64,000 bases of DNA from the NCBI GenBank assembly GCA_041691695.1, contig JBEPUG010000001.1, positions 23,922-87,921 of the forward strand. The letters are read 5' to 3'. The stretch is from Flavobacteriales bacterium. Lineage in GTDB: Bacteria > Bacteroidota > Bacteroidia > Flavobacteriales_F > PHOS-HE28. Positions 59,577 through 64,000 of the stretch are shown here, piece after piece (position 1 is the stretch's first letter; each line of letters begins with the position of its first letter). The translations under genes were made by a program, and so were the position numbers. The notes under the pieces were generated by a model. That model worked only from the letters and a program-made list of their open reading frames with translations. It was not told the DNA's origin and did no database searches.

Positions 59577-60815
59577 CTACTTCGCCAATTCCGACTTCAG
59601 CACACGCAGCACTTCGATCACCGTCTCTTCTTCCAGATCGGTGCGCTTCACCAGATCCTCCGCGGTGATCTCCACCACTGAACGGGCGGTGTCACAGCCG
59701 ATGCTCTTCAATTCGTTGATTATCCATGGTTCGATCTCGTCGCTGAACTCGTCGAGGTCCACGTCGTCGGTCACCTCATCGCTGTCGCGGTACACATCGA
59801 TATCGAAACCGGTGAGCTTGCCCGCCAACTTGATGTTGTGGCCGCCTTTGCCGATGGCCAACGCCACCTGATCAGGCTTCATATAGACCTCTGCGCGCTT
59901 GTTGACCAGGTCCAGTTTGATCTCGCCGACCTTGGCCGGGCTCAGCGCACGCTGGATCAACAGCGAGTCATTGGCCGTCCAGTTGATCACATCGATGTTC
60001 TCGTTGCGCAGTTCGCGCACGATGCCATGGATGCGGCTGCCCTTCATGCCCACGCAAGCGCCCACCGGATCGATGCGGTCATCATAGCTTTCTACAGCAA
60101 CCTTGGCGCGCTCACCGGGTTCACGCACGATGCGCTTGATGGTGATGAGACCGTCGGCCACCTCGGGCACTTCCTGCTCGAACAACTTCTCGAGGAACTC
60201 AGGAGCTGCACGGCTCAGCAGCACCACCGGGCTGTTGTTGCGCATCTCCACCTTCCACACCACGGCGCGGACGGTGTCGCCTTTCTTGAAAAAGTCCGTC
60301 TTGATGTGCTGGTCCTTGGGCATGATCAACTCGTTGCCCTCGTCGTCCAGGATCAAGGTCTCGCGCTTCCAGATCTGATACACCTCGCCGGTGATGATCT
60401 CGCCCACGCGCTCCTTGTACTTGTTGTAGATGTGGTCCTTCTCCAGTTCCATGATGCGGCTCTGGAGGTTCTGCTTCAGGGAAAGGATGTTGCGGCGGCC
60501 GAAGTCAGGGATCTTCACCTCTTGGCTCACTTCCTCGCCCACTTCGAAGTCGGGCTCGATCTTCAATGCCTCACTCAGCGGGATCTGCAGGCCCTCATCT
60601 TCCACCTCACCGTCAGGCACGATCTCGCGGTTCAGCCAGATCTCCAGGTCACCCTTGTCAGGGTTGATGATGATGTCGAACTTGGCTTCTTCGCCATACT
60701 TCCGTTTCACCACGCCACGGAAGACATCCTCGAGGATGCCCATCATGGTCACGCGGTCGATGTTCTTGATGTCCTTGAATTCCCCGAAGGATTCGATGAG
60801 GTTCACTGTGCTCAT
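59577..60815 (-). CDS. nusA: Transcription termination/antitermination factor NusA
   Basis: S1 and KH domains (VGACVGMKGSRIHGIVREL, ALAIGKGGHNIKLAGKLTG), positioned between rimP and infB. Confidence 0.96.
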   Translation of the reverse strand: MSTVNLIESFGEFKDIKNIDRVTMMGILEDVFRGVVKRKYGEEAKFDIIINPDKGDLEIWLNREIVPDGEVEDEGLQIPLSEALKIEPDFEVGEEVSQEVKIPDFGRRNILSLKQNLQSRIMELEKDHIYNKYKERVGEIITGEVYQIWKRETLILDDEGNELIMPKDQHIKTDFFKKGDTVRAVVWKVEMRNNSPVVLLSRAAPEFLEKLFEQEVPEVADGLITIKRIVREPGERAKVAVESYDDRIDPVGACVGMKGSRIHGIVRELRNENIDVINWTANDSLLIQRALSPAKVGEIKLDLVNKRAEVYMKPDQVALAIGKGGHNIKLAGKLTGFDIDVYRDSDEVTDDVDLDEFSDEIEPWIINELKSIGCDTARSVVEITAEDLVKRTDLEEETVIEVLRVLKSELAK

Positions 60816-60828
60816 TGCACTGTCGCTT

Positions 60829-61296
60829 TCAATTGAGGTTGATCGTGGCCTGCGTGGACTTGATCCCGGTGAATGGCATCACCGAGGTCTCGTCCGAAAG
60901 TTTGGGCTTGCGGCCCTTCACCTTGGTAGGTTGAAGGACCTGCAGCGATATTCCATGTTCGTCATAACTCTTCAGCACCCCTTGCACCAAGGTGCCATCA
61001 ATAAGGGTGACATCCACCCCTTTACCTATGCGCTTGCGGTATTGGCGCTCCACCTTGAATGGCTTTCCCAGTCCGGGGCTGCCTACCTGCAATTCCATAT
61101 CGTCCAAGGTCGCACCGAATTCCTCCTGTAATCCCTTGTTGATAACAGTAAGGTCCGCCATGGTGATCGGCGCTTCATCATGATCCACCTCCACTACGGC
61201 TTTTCCACCGGGCCGCACCACGGCACTCACCAGGAAATGGGGAGTGCCTTGCAGTTGTCGTTCCAGCGCTTGTGCCAGTTGGTCGGTGGTGATCAT
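60829..61296 (-). CDS. rimP: Ribosome maturation factor RimP
   Basis: 155-aa ORF directly upstream of nusA, with HFLVSAVVRPGGKAVVEVDHDE and a C-terminal Sm-like part. Confidence 0.88.
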   Translation of the reverse strand: MITTDQLAQALERQLQGTPHFLVSAVVRPGGKAVVEVDHDEAPITMADLTVINKGLQEEFGATLDDMELQVGSPGLGKPFKVERQYRKRIGKGVDVTLIDGTLVQGVLKSYDEHGISLQVLQPTKVKGRKPKLSDETSVMPFTGIKSTQATINLN

Positions 61297-61316
61297 TCGT
61301 TCTGCCCGGAGCAGGG

Positions 61317-61342
61317 AACAAAAAAGAGGGGCGGTCCCCTCT
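61317..61342 (-). terminator. Intrinsic terminator hairpin in the rimP-nusA-infB leader (attenuator candidate)
   Basis: The minus strand reads AAGAGGGG-accg-CCCCTCTT-TTTGTT, an 8-bp stem with a tetraloop and a U-tract. It ends about 20 nt before the rimP ATG at 61296 and lies downstream of the -7 box at 61370-61377. Confidence 0.6.
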
Positions 61343-61369
61343 TCCTCAATCCACCGCGTCCAAACGGCT

Positions 61370-61377
61370 GCAAATAT
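61370..61377 (-). promoter_or_regulatory. Candidate -7 promoter box (TATATTTG on the minus strand) for rimP-nusA-infB
   Basis: It matches TAnnTTTG and lies 74 nt upstream of the rimP ATG. Confidence 0.35.
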
Positions 61378-61396
61378 AGCTGTTCCGGGTGAATTG

Positions 61397-61564
61397 CGGA
61401 CAGGTCGGTTTTGACAGGATCTCAGGATCTACAGGATTATCTTTTAGGGAACTGCCCCAGCCCATAAATTCCACGTCGGATTCCAATGTCAGATGACCAA
61501 ATGCATATTGTGACCGTAGCCATAGGTCTAACCGGAGTAGATCCTGAGACCTGTCCGATCTCAG
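61397..61564. repeat. Inverted-repeat-bounded element of about 170 bp (MITE-like element or structured RNA candidate) between rimP and polA
   Basis: GACAGGATCTCAGGATCTAC (61412-61431) pairs with GTAGATCCTGAGACCTGTC (61536-61554), giving 19 bp with one bulge. An alternative pairing is GGACAGGTC (61397-61405) with GACCTGTCC (61547-61555). GATCTCAGG is directly repeated at 61417-61425 and 61556-61564. Confidence 0.5.
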
Positions 61565-61626
61565 GTCATCCCGTCTTCCGCGCTGCGGCTACCTTCACCA
61601 CCTCGATCCGAAAGCATTTGCACCTG

Positions 61627-64000
61627 CATGTCCGCATCCGTTGAAAACCACCCCGAGGTTCCTGAAGACAAGCGCCTCTTCCTCCTCGACGCCTTCGCCC
61701 TGATCTATCGGGCCTACTTCAGCTTCATCCGCAATCCGCGCATCAACAGCCAACGGATGAACACCAGCGCGGCCTTTGGTTTCACGCTGACCTTGTTGGA
61801 CCTGATCAAGCGCGAAAAGCCTACACACCTCGCCGTGGTTTTCGACACCGATGCGCCCACGGAGCGCCACACCACCTTGCTCGAATACAAAGCAAACCGC
61901 GAGGCGATGCCGGACGACATCCGCACCAACCTGCCCTACATCCGCCGGATCATCGAGGCGTTCAACATTCCGGTGATCGAAAGTGACGGTTACGAGGCGG
62001 ACGACGTGATCGGCACACTTGCGAAAAAGGCGGAGAAGGAAGGCTACACAACCTATATGGTCACGCCGGACAAGGACTTCGGACAACTGGTGACAGAGAG
62101 GATCCTGATGTATAAGCCGGGCCGCAGCGGCGCGCCTCCCGAAGTATTGGGCATCAAGGAGATCTGCGATCGCTGGGGCTTGGAGAATACCGATCAGGTG
62201 CGGGACATCCTTGGCCTGATGGGCGATGCAGTGGACAACATTCCCGGCATCCCCGGCATCGGCGAGAAGACCGCGATGAAACTGGTGCAACAGTTCGGCA
62301 GCCTGGAGGGCGTGATCGACGGCGTGGAGCAGCTCAAGGGCAAGCAGAAGGAAAATGTGATCGCCTTCGCGGAGCAAGGGCTCATGAGCAAGGCCTTGGC
62401 AACCATCCTTGTGGATGCGCCCGTGGACGTGGATCACACCGCGTTGCATCTCGACCCGCCGGACAAGGAGAAGATCACGGAGGTCTTCAGCGAATTGGAG
62501 TTCCGTTCGCTGATCAAGACAGTGCTTGGCGAAGATGCACACGTGGAGGCGACGCCCGCCGCTCCTGCAGTGCGCAAGAAGGTTCTGGTGAACGCAGACC
62601 AGATCAGCATGTTCGGTGGTGAAGAAGGTGAAGAAGGTGAGGGAGGAGAGGGTGGCCAGGGTGGCGATGGAGGTACAGCCATGGTCGACCTCTCCACTAC
62701 GCCTCACCGATATCAAATAGCCGATACGCCTGAAAAGCAATCGGCCTTGGCCAAGGAATTGGCGGGCCTGAAGTCCTTCTGCTTCGACACGGAGACCGAC
62801 AACCTCGATCTGCAAAAGGCGGAGATGGTCGGACTTTCCTTCAGCTGGAAAGACCATACTGGCTGGTATGTTCCGGTGCCTGCAGGCATAGCGGCCGCAC
62901 AAGCCGTTACCGAGCGCTTCCGCGCGGTGCTGGAAGATAAACACATCACGAAGGTGGCTCAGAACCTGAAGTACGACATGCTCGTGATGGAGCGCTACGG
63001 CATCAGCGTACAAGGCCCGCAGTTCGACACCATGCTCGCGCACTTCCTGCTCGAATCGGACCTGCGCCACGGCATGGATTACATGGCCGAGACGATCCTG
63101 CACTACCGCCCGAAGCCGATCACCGACCTCATCGGACCGAAGGGCAAAGGCCAAAGGAATATGCGCGATGTGCCCGTGGAGATCGCGGCCGAATACGCAG
63201 CTGAGGATGCCGACATCACCTGGCAGCTCCATGAAAAACTGGCTCCGCTGCTGAAGGAGAAGGACCAGGAGAAACTCTTTCACGACGTGGAGATGCCGTT
63301 GGTGCGCGTGTTGGCGGATATGGAGCGCGAAGGGATCCGCTTGGATGTGGATGCCCTGAAAGCTTTCAGCATCGAGCTTGGTAATGACATCCTCGACTTG
63401 CAGGAAAAGATCATTGCGGCGTGCGGTGTTCCCTTCAACATCGATTCACCCAAGCAACTCGGCGACGTGCTTTTTGAAACGCTAAAGCTTGGTGGCGAAA
63501 AGCCCAAGAAGACGCGCACCGGTCAGTACCAGACCAGTGAGGATATTCTAAGTACGATGGCGAATGAGCACGCCGCCATCCCGCTGATCCTCGATTATCG
63601 CAGCCTTCGGAAATTGAAGGGCACGTATGTCGATACACTTCCTCTCGCGGTGGATCCCGCTGATGGCCGTGTTCATACAAACTACCGTCAGGCCGTGGCC
63701 GCCACCGGTCGTCTCAGCAGCGATGAGCCGAATCTGCAGAACATCCCGATCCGCACCGAGAAAGGCCGCGAGATACGCAAGGCTTTTGTGCCACGCGATG
63801 AACGCTATGGCCTACTCAGCGCGGACTATTCACAGATCGAGCTGCGCATCATCGCCCACATGAGCGGCGACCACAACATGCAGGAGGCTTTCCGTAACGG
63901 GCTGGACATCCATGCCGCCACCGCTGCCAAGGTTTTCAACGTGGATCTCACGGAGGTTTCGCGCGAGCAACGCAGCCGAGCCAAGGCGGTCAACTTCGGT
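61627..64000 (+). CDS. polA: DNA polymerase I, N-terminal about 790 codons; the 3' end lies outside the window
   Basis: The ATG at 61627 gives MSASVENHPEVPEDKRLFLLDAFALIYRAYF (5' nuclease domain). Also present are DNIPGIPGIGEKTAMKLV, Exo I FCFDTETDNLD, RLSSDEPNLQNIPIR and ADYSQIELRIIAH. The frame is open to the window end and is not listed in the ORF track because no stop is reached. Confidence 0.95.
62615..62676. repeat. Simple-sequence island F inside polA (linker between the 5' nuclease and 3'-5' exonuclease domains)
   Basis: The DNA reads GGTGGTGAAGAAGGTGAAGAAGGTGAGGGAGGAGAGGGTGGCCAGGGTGGCGATGGAGGTA and is translated as GGEEGEEGEGGEGGQGGDGG. It shares GATGGAGGTA with 37978-37987 and GGTGGTGA with 3272-3279. 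Confidence 0.5.

Noticed and set aside
61361-61395. Minus-strand CCGGAACAGCTATATTTGCAGCC considered as an SRP (4.5S) RNA domain IV-like motif
   Set aside because: Only the short GGAA and GCAGCC strings match. The conserved symmetric/asymmetric loop context and closing helices are absent. The same bases fit a TAnnTTTG promoter box better.
61595-63283. 562-aa minus-strand ORF
   Set aside because: It is antisense to polA. The plus-strand frame carries unmistakable Pol I motifs from 61627 to the window end. The ORF track omits polA only because it has no stop in the window.

Overview
The window is a contiguous, almost fully coding 64-kb piece of a GC-rich Bacteroidota chromosome. The diagnostic content is the T9SS translocon SprA, two proteins with type-A T9SS C-terminal sorting domains, an alternative complex III operon joined to cytochrome c oxidase genes, and TAnnTTTG-type -7 promoter boxes. 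I found no rRNA, tRNA, CRISPR array, transposase or integrase.

Modules from left to right:
1. 0-6 kb: a translesion/DNA-damage island with dinB (3' part), a Bro-N/DinD-like gene and a convergent DnaE2-like polymerase carrying three in-frame simple-repeat insertions, followed by deoC.
2. 6-25.8 kb: a Wzx/Wzy-type polysaccharide locus. It has only three sugar-adding enzymes but five sulfotransferases, an MBOAT/SGNH-like acylation pair, a Wzc-like protein with a degenerate kinase domain, and its own PAPS-synthesis genes cysC-cysD-cysN.
3. vanZ, gcvH, sprA, ruvA.
4. 34.9-40.8 kb: two T9SS cargo genes, one an extracellular WCGPC thioredoxin-fold protein. They are followed by a periplasmic TlpA-like redoxin, a DUF6029-like outer-membrane barrel and an Omp28-related CxxC lipoprotein.
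5. A small ORF, queG, ruvB and an orphan outer-membrane protein.
6. 44.1-55.7 kb: actABCDEF-coxB-ctaD.
7. A SPOR gene, then rimP-nusA-infB preceded by a promoter plus leader terminator, an inverted-repeat-bounded element, and polA (5' part).

The best candidates for something undescribed are the sulfated-polysaccharide locus, the envelope thioredoxin-fold cluster, and a family of GGTGA-type mirror-composition simple-sequence islands. These islands sit in frame inside dnaE2 and polA, at the queG 3' end, and in two intergenic spacers.

All calls come from reading the translations and DNA by eye. No database search was run.
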